Shown piece by piece: positions 28,076 through 37,545 of a stretch of DNA of 64,000 nt (its first letter is position 1; every line of letters starts with the position of its first letter). The translations under genes were made by a program, and so were the position numbers. This DNA comes from Syntrophales bacterium (GTDB lineage: Bacteria; Desulfobacterota; Syntrophia; Syntrophales; PHBD01): positions 832,001 to 896,000 of the forward strand of contig OY764159.1 of the NCBI GenBank assembly GCA_963668175.1. The letters are read 5' to 3'. Under the pieces are notes generated by a model. It saw nothing but the letters and a program-made list of their open reading frames with translations. It was not told the DNA's origin and did not search any database.

Positions 28076-29410
28076 ATGTTTGAAAATCTAACAGAAAAGC
28101 TGGAAGGGATTTTTAAGAAGCTCAAGGGCAGAGGTCGTCTCGATGAGGAGAACATCCAGTCCGCCCTCAAAGAGATCCGTATGGCCCTCCTGGAGGCCGA
28201 CGTCAATTTCCGCGTCGTCAAGGATTTCATCGAGGATGTGCGGACGCGGGCGATCGGCCAGAACGTCATTGACAGCATCACGCCCGGACAGCAGGTGGTC
28301 AAGATCGTCCATGACCGGCTCGTAGAGCTCATGGGGGGTACGAGCAGCTTTGTCCGCTTCGGAAACCGCCTGCCGGCGCCGGTGATGCTTGTAGGTCTTC
28401 AGGGATGCGGCAAGACGACAACGACCGTCAAGCTCGCCCGCCTTTTTGCCGCCCAGGGCAAGCGGGTGTATCTCGTATCCGCCGACGTCTACAGGCCTGC
28501 CGCCATGGAGCAGCTGCGCGTTTTGGGAACACAGATCGGGGCCGGCGTTTACGATGCGGGAAGCCTGAGGGACCCCATCAAGATATGCCAGCAGGCCGTC
28601 GAAGAGGCGGCCAGGGGAGGCTACGAGGTCCTGCTTATCGATACGGCGGGTCGACTGCATATCGATGATGAGATGATGGCCGAGTTGCGCAGGATCAAGG
28701 AGGCCATCAAGCCGTCGGAGATTCTCTTCGTCGCCGATGCCATGACCGGCCAGGATGCCGTCAATGTTGCCGGCAAATTCAACGAACTTCTGGGGATCGA
28801 TGCCGTCATTATGACGAAAATGGACGGCGACGCCCGGGGCGGCGCCGCTCTGTCCCTGAAGGCCGTCATCGGCAAGCCCATCAAATTCATCGGTGTCGGC
28901 GAGAAGGTCGATGCCTTGGAGCTGTTTCACCCCGAGAGGATGGCATCGAAGATTCTCGGTATGGGCGATATCCTGACCCTGGTGGAAAAGGCCCAGGCGA
29001 CGGTTGACGAAAAGGAAGCCAGGGAATTAGAAAAAAAATTAAGGAAAAACGAATTCACCCTGGAAGATTTCCGGGATCAGCTCAAACAGATCAGGAAAAT
29101 GGGATCCCTTCAGGACATTCTGGGGATGATTCCGGGACTTGGCAAGCTCAAGGCCATGAAAAACGTGACGCCCGACGACCGGGAACTGGTCAAGGTGGCG
29201 GCGATCATCGATTCGATGACCCGCAAGGAGCGTCTCAATTATCTGATTATCGACGGCTCGCGCAGGAAACGGATTGCCGCGGGGAGCGGTACGACCGTCC
29301 AGGACGTCAATAAATTGCTCAAAAATTACATCGATATGCGTAAAATCATGAAGAAAATGATGTCGAAGGACGGCATGAAAATGATGCGGCGCGGTAATTT
29401 TCCCTTTTAA
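28076..29410 (+). CDS. ffh: Signal recognition particle protein
   Basis: LLEADVN, GLQGCGKTT, DTAGR, TKMDGDARGGAAL and IIDSMT motifs. Confidence 0.98.
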   Translation: MFENLTEKLEGIFKKLKGRGRLDEENIQSALKEIRMALLEADVNFRVVKDFIEDVRTRAIGQNVIDSITPGQQVVKIVHDRLVELMGGTSSFVRFGNRLPAPVMLVGLQGCGKTTTTVKLARLFAAQGKRVYLVSADVYRPAAMEQLRVLGTQIGAGVYDAGSLRDPIKICQQAVEEAARGGYEVLLIDTAGRLHIDDEMMAELRRIKEAIKPSEILFVADAMTGQDAVNVAGKFNELLGIDAVIMTKMDGDARGGAALSLKAVIGKPIKFIGVGEKVDALELFHPERMASKILGMGDILTLVEKAQATVDEKEARELEKKLRKNEFTLEDFRDQLKQIRKMGSLQDILGMIPGLGKLKAMKNVTPDDRELVKVAAIIDSMTRKERLNYLIIDGSRRKRIAAGSGTTVQDVNKLLKNYIDMRKIMKKMMSKDGMKMMRRGNFPF

Positions 29411-29481
29411 AAAGAAAAAAAGTATGTTAGCTTTTTTATTCTTGTAAAAATAATCCTTTTAGGAGGTGATCGTTAAAAGTA

Positions 29482-29736
29482 ATGGCGGTTAAAATTAGAT
29501 TGGCACGAATGGGTAGTAAAAGCAGTCCTTTTTACAGAATAGTCATTGCCGATTCCGATTCTCCCAGGGACGGGCGGTTTCTGGAAATCGTCGGAAATTA
29601 CGATCCGAAGAAAGATCCGGCAGAGATTAATCTTAAAGAGGATCGCATCTCCGCCTGGCTTGCCCAAGGCGCCAAACCAACCCTGACGGTATCCCAGTTG
29701 TTGAAACAGAAAGGACTTGCTCCGAAGACGGCCTAA
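29482..29736 (+). CDS. rpsP: 30S ribosomal protein S16
   Basis: MAVKIRLARMG...PFYRIV...PRDGRF. Confidence 0.98.
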   Translation: MAVKIRLARMGSKSSPFYRIVIADSDSPRDGRFLEIVGNYDPKKDPAEINLKEDRISAWLAQGAKPTLTVSQLLKQKGLAPKTA

Positions 29737-29858
29737 AGTACTTAAAGATTCTTTTCAGCTGATGACGTCATCATGAACAACGCGACCATTGCGTAAGCGA
29801 AAAAAGTCGATATCTTATTGTCGGAAACGTAATTCGAAAGTCAGTGGAGGTTGGTACG

Positions 29859-30089
29859 ATGAAAGAATTGATTAAGTTCATGGCCCAAGCGTTGGTGGAT
29901 CATCCTGACAAGGTTGAGGTTTCTGAGATAGTCGGCGAGCAGACTTCCGTAATCGAACTGAGAGTCGCAAAAGAAGACTTAGGCAAGGTCATCGGCAAGC
30001 AGGGGAGGACGGCCAAGGCCATGAGGGCCATTCTGAGTGCCGCATCTACAAAAATCAAAAAGAGAACGGTTCTGGAGATCATCGAATAG
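29859..30089 (+). CDS. khpA: KH domain RNA-binding protein KhpA
   Basis: [17 protein letters not shown]; lies between rpsP and rimM. Confidence 0.93.
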   Translation: MKELIKFMAQALVDHPDKVEVSEIVGEQTSVIELRVAKEDLGKVIGKQGRTAKAMRAILSAASTKIKKRTVLEIIE

Positions 30090-30094
30090 CGTTC

Positions 30095-30595
30095 ATGGAT
30101 CTCTTCGAGGCTGGGAAGATCGTAAAAGCCCAAGGGCTTAAGGGTTCCATGAAGGTCATATCCTACCTTGAGAGAGGTGATGCCCTTAGGTCCATAACGG
30201 AAGTCTTCGTTCATAAGGGAAACCAGGGTTATCTACCTTATAAAGTAAGACAAATCAGGATACGGGATAAATTTTTCATCCTGGATCTTGTTGGTGTCGA
30301 CGGTATCGATGCCACCCGGGATTTCATCGGTTGTCCCCTGCTGGTTCCCCGCGACCGTCTGCCCGAGTTGCCTGCCGATGAATATTATTGGCATGAGCTT
30401 CTGGGCCTTGAAGTCGTAACGGAGGAAGGGACGGTTGTGGGGCGGATCGTGTCCATCTTTCCCACGGGCAGTAACGACGTTTATGTATGCAGCGACGGCA
30501 CAAGGGAAATCATGCTGCCTGCCATTTCCGACTGCGTAAAAAAGATCGACAGGCAAAACCGTGTGATGGTGGTCGAGCTGCTCGAGGGGCTGTAA
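30095..30595 (+). CDS. rimM: 16S rRNA processing protein RimM
   Basis: GKIVKAQGLKG, EYYWHELLG and GSNDVY motifs; synteny. Confidence 0.95.
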   Translation: MDLFEAGKIVKAQGLKGSMKVISYLERGDALRSITEVFVHKGNQGYLPYKVRQIRIRDKFFILDLVGVDGIDATRDFIGCPLLVPRDRLPELPADEYYWHELLGLEVVTEEGTVVGRIVSIFPTGSNDVYVCSDGTREIMLPAISDCVKKIDRQNRVMVVELLEGL

Positions 30596-30598
30596 GCG

Positions 30599-31333
30599 AT
30601 GATCACGTTCGATATCCTGTCCGTCTTTCCGGAGATGTTCCATTCCCCGTTTGACTGCAGCCTGCTGAAGAAAGCCCGGGAAAAAGGACTGATCGATATT
30701 CGCCTTCATGATATCCGTGAGTACGCGGAAGACAAGCACAGAATGACCGACGACGCACCGTACGGCGGCGGGGGCGGCATGGTCATGAAGGTTGAGCCGG
30801 TTGAAAGAGCGCTCCGCGCTGTGATTCCGGACAGGGAGCATGCCCTCGTCGTTCTCCTGACGCCGCAGGGCGAAACATTCCGTCACCGGATTGCCGAAGA
30901 GATGGCCGCCTATGAACGAATCGTTCTTGTGTGCGGGCATTACGAGGGGTTTGACGAGAGGATCAGAAAGCATCTGGCCGACAGAGAGATATCGATCGGC
31001 GATTACGTCCTTACCGGCGGCGAATTGTCGGCCATGGTGATCGTCGATGCCGTTTCCCGGCTGATCCCTGGCGTGTTGGGGAACAGCGAATCGTCGGCGT
31101 TCGACTCGTTCGCCACGGGGCTCCTGGAGTATCCCCATTATACGCGGCCGGCGGAATACAGGGGATGGGACGTTCCCGATGTCCTGCTCTCGGGCAACCA
31201 CAAGGAGATCGATCTCTGGCGCCGGAGGGCGTCTTTGAAAAGGACGTGGGAACGAAGGCCGGATCTCCTGGACGAGGCGGAGCTCTCAGCGGAAGACCGG
31301 GCCTACCTCGCTGAATTGAAGGCGACAGACTAA
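30599..31333 (+). CDS. trmD: tRNA (guanine-N1)-methyltransferase
   Basis: [33 protein letters not shown] and LEYPHYTRP motifs. Confidence 0.98.
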   Translation: MITFDILSVFPEMFHSPFDCSLLKKAREKGLIDIRLHDIREYAEDKHRMTDDAPYGGGGGMVMKVEPVERALRAVIPDREHALVVLLTPQGETFRHRIAEEMAAYERIVLVCGHYEGFDERIRKHLADREISIGDYVLTGGELSAMVIVDAVSRLIPGVLGNSESSAFDSFATGLLEYPHYTRPAEYRGWDVPDVLLSGNHKEIDLWRRRASLKRTWERRPDLLDEAELSAEDRAYLAELKATD

Positions 31334-31339
31334 GGCTTT

Positions 31340-31894
31340 ATGGCCGATGTATATATAGCTCTTTTGCATTATCCCGTTTACAACAGAAGCGGGGCCGTCG
31401 TGACGACGTCCGTGGCCAACATGGACATCCACGATATTGCCAGGGCGGCGCGGACATACGGGATCAAGAAATATTATATCGTCACGCCGCTTGCGGCCCA
31501 GAGAAAGCTTGCCGGCGATATTTTGCGCCACTGGCAGACCGGTTACGGGGCCCGGTTCAATTCCAGCCGCCGCGAGGCGTTTGCCATCACGGACCTGTGC
31601 GCAACGCTCGACGATGCGATGGGGGATATCGCAAGCCTGTCGGGATGCACAGCCAGGCTCGTCGCCACGGGGGCGCGTCTTCGGGGGCGGATATCTTACG
31701 CGGAATTGCGGGAAAAGCTCCGGGAGCATTCCGGTGCCTGGCTCCTTCTTTTCGGGACTGGTTCCGGACTGGCCGTCGAGATTCTTGACCGGGCGGACTA
31801 TTCGCTCCAACCGATCAAAGGGCCCGCCGAATATAACCATTTGTCGGTGAGGTCGGCCGTTGCCATCACGCTGGACAGATTGCTGGGAATATGA
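31340..31894 (+). CDS. SPOUT-class SAM-dependent RNA methyltransferase (TrmD-associated family)
   Basis: ALLHYPV, DIHDIAR, FGTGSGL and YNHLSVRSA motifs. Confidence 0.85.
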   Translation: MADVYIALLHYPVYNRSGAVVTTSVANMDIHDIARAARTYGIKKYYIVTPLAAQRKLAGDILRHWQTGYGARFNSSRREAFAITDLCATLDDAMGDIASLSGCTARLVATGARLRGRISYAELREKLREHSGAWLLLFGTGSGLAVEILDRADYSLQPIKGPAEYNHLSVRSAVAITLDRLLGI

Positions 31895-31942
31895 AATACG
31901 ATATACAAAGAATAGGATTGAGAACTCAGGAGGGTTAAGGAA

Positions 31943-32290
31943 ATGAATATCATTGACATTTTGGAAAAGGAACAGATGCGATTCGATCTGCCGGATTTCA
32001 AATCGGGAGATACGGTCAAGGTATACGTGAGGATTATCGAGGGGCAGAAACAGAGAATCCAGGCCTTTGAGGGTGTCGTGATCCGCAAGAGACAGGGCAG
32101 CAGCAGGAGCAGCTTCACCGTGCGGAAGGTCTCCTACGGAATCGGCGTGGAAAGGACATTCCCTCTCCACTCGCCCGTTATCGACCGGATCGAGGTTGTC
32201 AGCCGCGGCAAGGTTCGGCGCTCCCGCCTCTATTATTTAAGGTCCCTCAGAGGCAAGAAGGCCAGAATCAAAGAGATTGGCAAGTCGTAA
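31943..32290 (+). CDS. rplS: 50S ribosomal protein L19
   Basis: [22 protein letters not shown] and [12 protein letters not shown] motifs. Confidence 0.98.
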   Translation: MNIIDILEKEQMRFDLPDFKSGDTVKVYVRIIEGQKQRIQAFEGVVIRKRQGSSRSSFTVRKVSYGIGVERTFPLHSPVIDRIEVVSRGKVRRSRLYYLRSLRGKKARIKEIGKS

Positions 32291-32369
32291 GATTCGTTCA
32301 TAGAGGCAGGCAGGGCGGTATGGAAAGACTGCCCTGCGCCCTTCGGAACAGACCGTACGATGAATCACG

Positions 32370-32999
32370 ATGAACCGTTTTGAGCGGAACGCCTTTAAGA
32401 AGGGTTATGTCCGGATAGCCGGCATCGATGAGGCCGGCAGGGGACCGCTGGCCGGTCCCGTCGTAGCCGCCGCCGTCGTATTCCCTCCCGGTTACGAAAA
32501 TCCCCAGATCAACGACTCCAAGAAGCTCTCCGAAGCCAAGCGGGAAGAGCTGTATACGGTCATCAGGCGCGATGCCGCCGCCGTCGATATCGGCGTCGCC
32601 GAGCCTTCCGTCATCGATACCGTCAATATTCTCCAGGCAACGCTTCTGGCCATGAGGGAAGCCGTGGCCGGCCTTTCCCTGACCCCCGATTTTCTCCTGG
32701 TGGACGGCAAGACCAGGATACCCATCGATATCCCGCAGGAAGTGATCGTCAAGGGCGATTCCCGGAGCGTTTCTATCGCCGCCGCCTCCATCATCGCCAA
32801 GGTGACCCGGGACAAGATCATGGAAATCTACCATCGTCAATTCCCGCAGTATAATTTTCTAAGCAACAAGGGATACGGCACCGAGGAACACCGGGAGGCC
32901 ATTCAGCGTTACGGTTTCTGTAAATACCATCGCCGGTCCTTTCAATGCAAAGCCAACCGGGCCGTGCAGACAAGCATGGAAATCGTTTTCGAACCGTAA
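32370..32999 (+). CDS. rnhB: Ribonuclease HII
   Basis: GIDEAGRGPLAGPV, DSKKL, KGD...SIAAASIIAKV and KGYGT motifs. Confidence 0.97.
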   Translation: MNRFERNAFKKGYVRIAGIDEAGRGPLAGPVVAAAVVFPPGYENPQINDSKKLSEAKREELYTVIRRDAAAVDIGVAEPSVIDTVNILQATLLAMREAVAGLSLTPDFLLVDGKTRIPIDIPQEVIVKGDSRSVSIAAASIIAKVTRDKIMEIYHRQFPQYNFLSNKGYGTEEHREAIQRYGFCKYHRRSFQCKANRAVQTSMEIVFEP

Positions 33000-33094
33000 G
33001 GTGCATGCCGCGGGTCTCGATGGCGGTTATTAAAATCCATCGGACGGCTTCCCGACGCACAGGTTGCGGGGGAGATACGCCCACAGAGGAACGC

Positions 33095-33475
33095 ATGACC
33101 GATTCATCCGGCAACAACCATCTGGGGACGGGCAAAAAAGGGGAGGAATTGGCCGCTTCCTATCTTAAAAAGAAGGGCTATCGCATCCTGGAGCGTAACT
33201 ACCGCTGCCCGTACGGCGAGATGGACATTGTCGCCAGGGAGGGCGGCTCCATCGTTTTCGTGGAGGTCAAGAGCCGCAGGTCGGACCGTTACGGCGACCC
33301 CCAGAATGCGGTAGATGCGAACAAGCAGAAAAAGCTGTCCCTCGTTTCCCTCCATTATCTCAATGAAAGGAATCTCCCCTCCGATAACGCCCGGTTCGAC
33401 GTCGTGGCTGTCCGCCTGCAGCCGGATAACGTCCAGATCGAGCTGATCAGGGACGCCTTCGAACTCGTCCTCTAG
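33095..33475 (+). CDS. YraN family (UPF0102) putative nuclease
   Basis: GKKGEELA, NYRC..GEMDIVA, VFVEVKSR and RFDVVA motifs. Confidence 0.92.
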   Translation: MTDSSGNNHLGTGKKGEELAASYLKKKGYRILERNYRCPYGEMDIVAREGGSIVFVEVKSRRSDRYGDPQNAVDANKQKKLSLVSLHYLNERNLPSDNARFDVVAVRLQPDNVQIELIRDAFELVL

Positions 33476-33541
33476 AAGAAGAGGGGGGAAGAAATGAGCC
33501 CCCCGGGCAGCAATCCCGGAGGGCCTTGTCCGTCCGGACGT

Positions 33542-35170
33542 TTATCCCAGTATAGCCTTCAAGTCTTCTTCCGCCGTCGTGATCGGCCTGATCCCGTAGT
33601 TCTTGACGAGGACGTCGAGGACCGCCGGGGTGATGAATGCCGGCAGAGACGGCCCCAGCCGGATGTTCTTGACTCCCAGATAAAGCAGGGTGAGGAGGAT
33701 GGCGACCGCCTTCTGCTCGTACCATGAAAGGATCATGGACAGGGGCAGGCCGTTGACGTCGGTGTTGAATGCCTTGGCCAGGGCGACGGCGATCTGGATC
33801 GCCGAGTAGGCATCGTTGCATTGCCCGATATCGAGAAGCCGCGGGATGCCGCCGATATCACCCAGGTTATGGTCGAAAAAGCGGAACTTCCCGCAGGCCA
33901 GGGTTAGAACGACGGTATCCGGAGGGGTCTTGTCGACGAACTCGGTATAATAATTCCGGCCGGGTTTGGCGCCGTCGCAGCCTCCCACCAGGAAGAAATG
34001 GCGGATTTTGCCCGCCTTGACGGCGTCGATGACGGCTCCGGCGACGGAAAGAACGGCGTTGCGGCCGAAACCGGCGGTTAAGGTGACGCCATCCCGATCG
34101 GAATCGAAACCGGGCATGGCCAGCGCCTTGTCGATCACCGGCTTGAATTTGCCGTTTTCGCAATGGGCGACATCCGGCCATCCGACCAAGCCGGTCGTAA
34201 AGATGTTGTCCCGGTAGCCCGCCGCCGGCCGCTGAAGGCAGTTGGTCGTCATGAGAATGGCCCCGGGAAATTCGGCGAATTCCTTGTGCTGGTTTTGCCA
34301 GGCCGTCCCGTAATGGCCGTAGAAATGGGAAAATTTCTTGAGCCCGGGATAACCGTGGGCCGGGAGCATCTCCCCGTGGGTGTAGACGTTGATGCCCTTG
34401 CCTTCCGTCTGAGCGAGAAGATCGTACAGGTCTTTCAGGTCGTGCCCGGAAACCAGGATGGCTTTCCCCTTCCTGGCCCCCAGCGGGACTTTGGTCGGCA
34501 CCGGGTGTCCGTAGGTGCCGGTATTTCCTGCATCCAGCAGTTCCATGGCCCTGAGGTTCATCTCCCCGCATTTCAGGACAAGACCGAGCCACTCATTAAG
34601 CCCCAGGGAAGGATCGAGTGTCGCGGCCAGGCCTTCCTGGCAGAAGGCATAGACCGCATCGTCTTCACTGCCCAGGATCTGGGCATGGTCCGCATAGGCG
34701 GCAACCCCCTTGATGCCGTACGTGAGGATCTGCTGGAGGGACCTTATGTCCGGCGCGATACCCGGATCGGACAGGACGCCGACGTCTTCACCCTGTTCAA
34801 CCATCTTCTCGGTCGACGCCGCCGGGGTAAACGCCGCTGCCGTCTCCTTGAAACCGGCCTTTCCTCCCTGGGTTGCGATCCGTTTTTTGAGATCGTCTCT
34901 CAGTTTCACGCATTTCCGGACCAGGTCCGCGAGCACTTCGGCATCGAAGTTGACGTTGGTCAGGGTGGAAAAGAGGGCTTTGACGGTAAAGACATTGGTC
35001 GGGGTATCGGTAATACCCTTCTTCCTCGCTTCCAGGGCGACAACGGAGAGACCCTTTAAGGCGTACACGAGAAGATCCTGCATGGCGGCAACATCGGGTT
35101 GTTTTCCGCAAACACCGCTCTTGTCGCATCCCGTTCCTTTTGCTGTCTGTTCGCACTGATAACAAAACAT
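33542..35170 (-). CDS. hcp: Hybrid cluster protein (hydroxylamine/NO reductase)
   Basis: MFCYQCEQT..GC...GVCGK, ILVSGHDL, YTHGEMLPAH, GQCNDAYSA and SWYEQKA motifs. Confidence 0.97.
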   Translation of the reverse strand: MFCYQCEQTAKGTGCDKSGVCGKQPDVAAMQDLLVYALKGLSVVALEARKKGITDTPTNVFTVKALFSTLTNVNFDAEVLADLVRKCVKLRDDLKKRIATQGGKAGFKETAAAFTPAASTEKMVEQGEDVGVLSDPGIAPDIRSLQQILTYGIKGVAAYADHAQILGSEDDAVYAFCQEGLAATLDPSLGLNEWLGLVLKCGEMNLRAMELLDAGNTGTYGHPVPTKVPLGARKGKAILVSGHDLKDLYDLLAQTEGKGINVYTHGEMLPAHGYPGLKKFSHFYGHYGTAWQNQHKEFAEFPGAILMTTNCLQRPAAGYRDNIFTTGLVGWPDVAHCENGKFKPVIDKALAMPGFDSDRDGVTLTAGFGRNAVLSVAGAVIDAVKAGKIRHFFLVGGCDGAKPGRNYYTEFVDKTPPDTVVLTLACGKFRFFDHNLGDIGGIPRLLDIGQCNDAYSAIQIAVALAKAFNTDVNGLPLSMILSWYEQKAVAILLTLLYLGVKNIRLGPSLPAFITPAVLDVLVKNYGIRPITTAEEDLKAILG

Positions 35171-35247
35171 GGCTTCCTCCTTAAAAATCATTTTGATTTG
35201 GTTTCCGGTCTACGCTCCGTTTATAAATCACAGCGATCCGCAATTCC

Positions 35248-35261
35248 TTGATCTAAGTCAA
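35248..35261 (-). promoter_or_regulatory. Crp/Fnr-family (HcpR/Dnr-type) binding site upstream of hcp
   Basis: TTGATCTAAGTCAA (TTGA-N6-TCAA), centred about 41.5 nt upstream of a TSS predicted from the -10 TATAAA at 35225-35220. Confidence 0.75.
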
Positions 35262-35515
35262 AAGATTCATGTTAAGGATTTCCGGTTCGACGGTTTGCCG
35301 GAAGCGGCGGGAGATAAGGCATGACATTCAGCATCCACGGAAATTCGGAGAAGCATACGGCGTCGGTTTCCCCCCGGTATCGGTTATGTCTGCCGCTATG
35401 AAGGGGCGAACAGAGCCCGGCCCGGGTTTTTATTTACAGGATCTGATGGATTGAACGACGAGCTTCCGTGGCGGCGCAGGGAGGCGGAGATGCAATACGA
35501 CCGGATATTTGCTTG

Positions 35516-36061
35516 TCAGCGGTTTTTGAATCCGAAGGCGGCACCGCATATTCCGCCGACGATGTGGGCTGTTTGCGAGATGTTGTTGACCTGAAACGCT
35601 CTGGTGACCTCCGTACCTAAAAATATGACAGCCACCAGGATGAAAGTCAAGGGAATGGATTTATTTTTTCTGCCCACAATGGAGGCAAGGACGATGAACA
35701 TGAAGGCGATGCCGCTTGCCCCCAGCAATCCCGTCGGGAGAAAGAGGATGTTGATCAGACCGGTTGACAGGGCCGTGATGAAAATCATGAAGAGGAATTT
35801 GCGGCTCCCGTATTTCTCCTCGAGGATAGGGCCGAGAAGCAGGATGAACACCAGGTTGGAGAAGAGATGGTTCCAACTGGAATGGCCGAGGACGTGGCTC
35901 ACCAGGCGGAAATAGTCGAGGGGATTAAGGAGGTCCATCGTGGGTCTCACCAGGAAGAAATGGACGGTGAAGTTGGGGATGAAAAAGACATTGATGATGT
36001 GGATCAACAGCGCCACAAGAGAGAATGTCAGAACGACAGGGGCATTGTATTCGACGCGCAT
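35516..36061 (-). CDS. Rhomboid family intramembrane serine protease
   Basis: H...HLFSN, GASG catalytic motif and AHIVG. Confidence 0.9.
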   Translation of the reverse strand: MRVEYNAPVVLTFSLVALLIHIINVFFIPNFTVHFFLVRPTMDLLNPLDYFRLVSHVLGHSSWNHLFSNLVFILLLGPILEEKYGSRKFLFMIFITALSTGLINILFLPTGLLGASGIAFMFIVLASIVGRKNKSIPLTFILVAVIFLGTEVTRAFQVNNISQTAHIVGGICGAAFGFKNR

Positions 36062-36276
36062 GGGTCCTTTTCCTCATACGATTCAGGCCGGTCCGCCACG
36101 CCGGACGGATCACGGGCATCTCTTCCTTGAGGAGCGACCGTGAACGCCATGTCCGCGGGTCATGAAACAAGACCCGGTGGAAATGAATGCTGTGGCCTGT
36201 AAGCGGTCTCCTACTACCATAAAAGGTTTGTCTTTTTCATCTATAATCTGCTAGATTCCGACACAGGGTGAGGATC

Positions 36277-37545
36277 ATGGAATCTCAGTTGACTTACAAG
36301 GTGCTGGACCTCTTTTTTCTTTTCTTCCTGTCGGCGTTCCTGTCCTGTTCGGAGGCTGCGCTTTTCTCCCTGACGCCGCTGCACGTTCACAAGATGGGGG
36401 AGGATCATACCCCTTTTCTGGCGTATGTGAGCAAGCTTCTCGATTACCCGCGACGGCTGCTCATCACCCTTATCGTCAGCAATGAAGTGATCAACATCGC
36501 CCTGTCCATCGTTTCCGCGTCCCTTTTCATCCAGTTCTTCGGCATGGACGGCCGATGGATGGCCATCGCCGTGACGACCATCCTTCTGCTCATTTTCGGG
36601 GAAGCTATTCCGAAAACCTTTGCAGTCATCCATCCTATCTCCGTCTCCTCCATCGTGGCTCCGTTTATCGCCTTCATCTCGTATATCGAGCGCCCCGTGG
36701 TCTGGATCCTGGAAAGGGTAACCGACGGCATCATGTCCCTCTTTCCCGTCAAGCCTACGAGAAGCCGTGACTCCCTGATGGAAGAGGAATTCATGACCTT
36801 GATCGATGTGGGACACCGGGAGGGGGCGCTCGAAGAGGCGCAGCGGGATATGATTCACCGGGTTTTCGAGCTGAGCGACAAGCCTGTCGCCGACGTGATG
36901 ATTCCCCGGGTCGACATGTTCTGCCTGCCGATTGCCATGAGTATGGAAGAGATGAAAAAAGAGATATTGGAGGCCCGTCACGACATCGTTCCCGTTTATG
37001 GGAGCGACCGCGACGACATATTAGGTATGCTTAACGCTAAAGACCTCATGGACAGGCAGCTGACGGGCGATAGATGGGTGCGTATCTACACGCTGCTGAA
37101 GAAACCCTACTTCGTCCCCGAAGGAAAGACGGCCGGCGGCCTCCTCAAGGAGTTTCAGGAGCGGCGCATTAAGGTCGCCATCGTGGTCGACGAATTCGGC
37201 GGCGTATCCGGCATGGTGACTCTCCGCGATATCCTGGAGGACCTCGTTGAGGACCTCTACGAACAATATGCTTCGAAGGAAGAGATGTACCAGAAAATAG
37301 ACGATTGTACGCTCGTCGCTTCCGGTAGGATAGCCATTGAGGATTTAAACGCGATCGTCCGCTATCCGCTGCCTTCGGAAGATTTCGAAACGCTCGGCGG
37401 TTACGTCTTTCATCTCTTCGGCCGGCTTCCCTCCCGGGGAGACGAAATTGAAACGGACCACTATGTCTTCCGAATTGAACAGATGGGCAAGGTGAGGATT
37501 CTAAAAATCCGTATGGAAGAGAAGGCGGGCTCGGAAGATGACTGA
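36277..37545 (+). CDS. CNNM/CorB (DUF21-CBS-CorC, hemolysin family) transporter, copy 1
   Basis: SCSEAALFS, FGEAIPK, VMIPR, VDEFGG and FETLGG motifs. Confidence 0.9.
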   Translation: MESQLTYKVLDLFFLFFLSAFLSCSEAALFSLTPLHVHKMGEDHTPFLAYVSKLLDYPRRLLITLIVSNEVINIALSIVSASLFIQFFGMDGRWMAIAVTTILLLIFGEAIPKTFAVIHPISVSSIVAPFIAFISYIERPVVWILERVTDGIMSLFPVKPTRSRDSLMEEEFMTLIDVGHREGALEEAQRDMIHRVFELSDKPVADVMIPRVDMFCLPIAMSMEEMKKEILEARHDIVPVYGSDRDDILGMLNAKDLMDRQLTGDRWVRIYTLLKKPYFVPEGKTAGGLLKEFQERRIKVAIVVDEFGGVSGMVTLRDILEDLVEDLYEQYASKEEMYQKIDDCTLVASGRIAIEDLNAIVRYPLPSEDFETLGGYVFHLFGRLPSRGDEIETDHYVFRIEQMGKVRILKIRMEEKAGSEDD

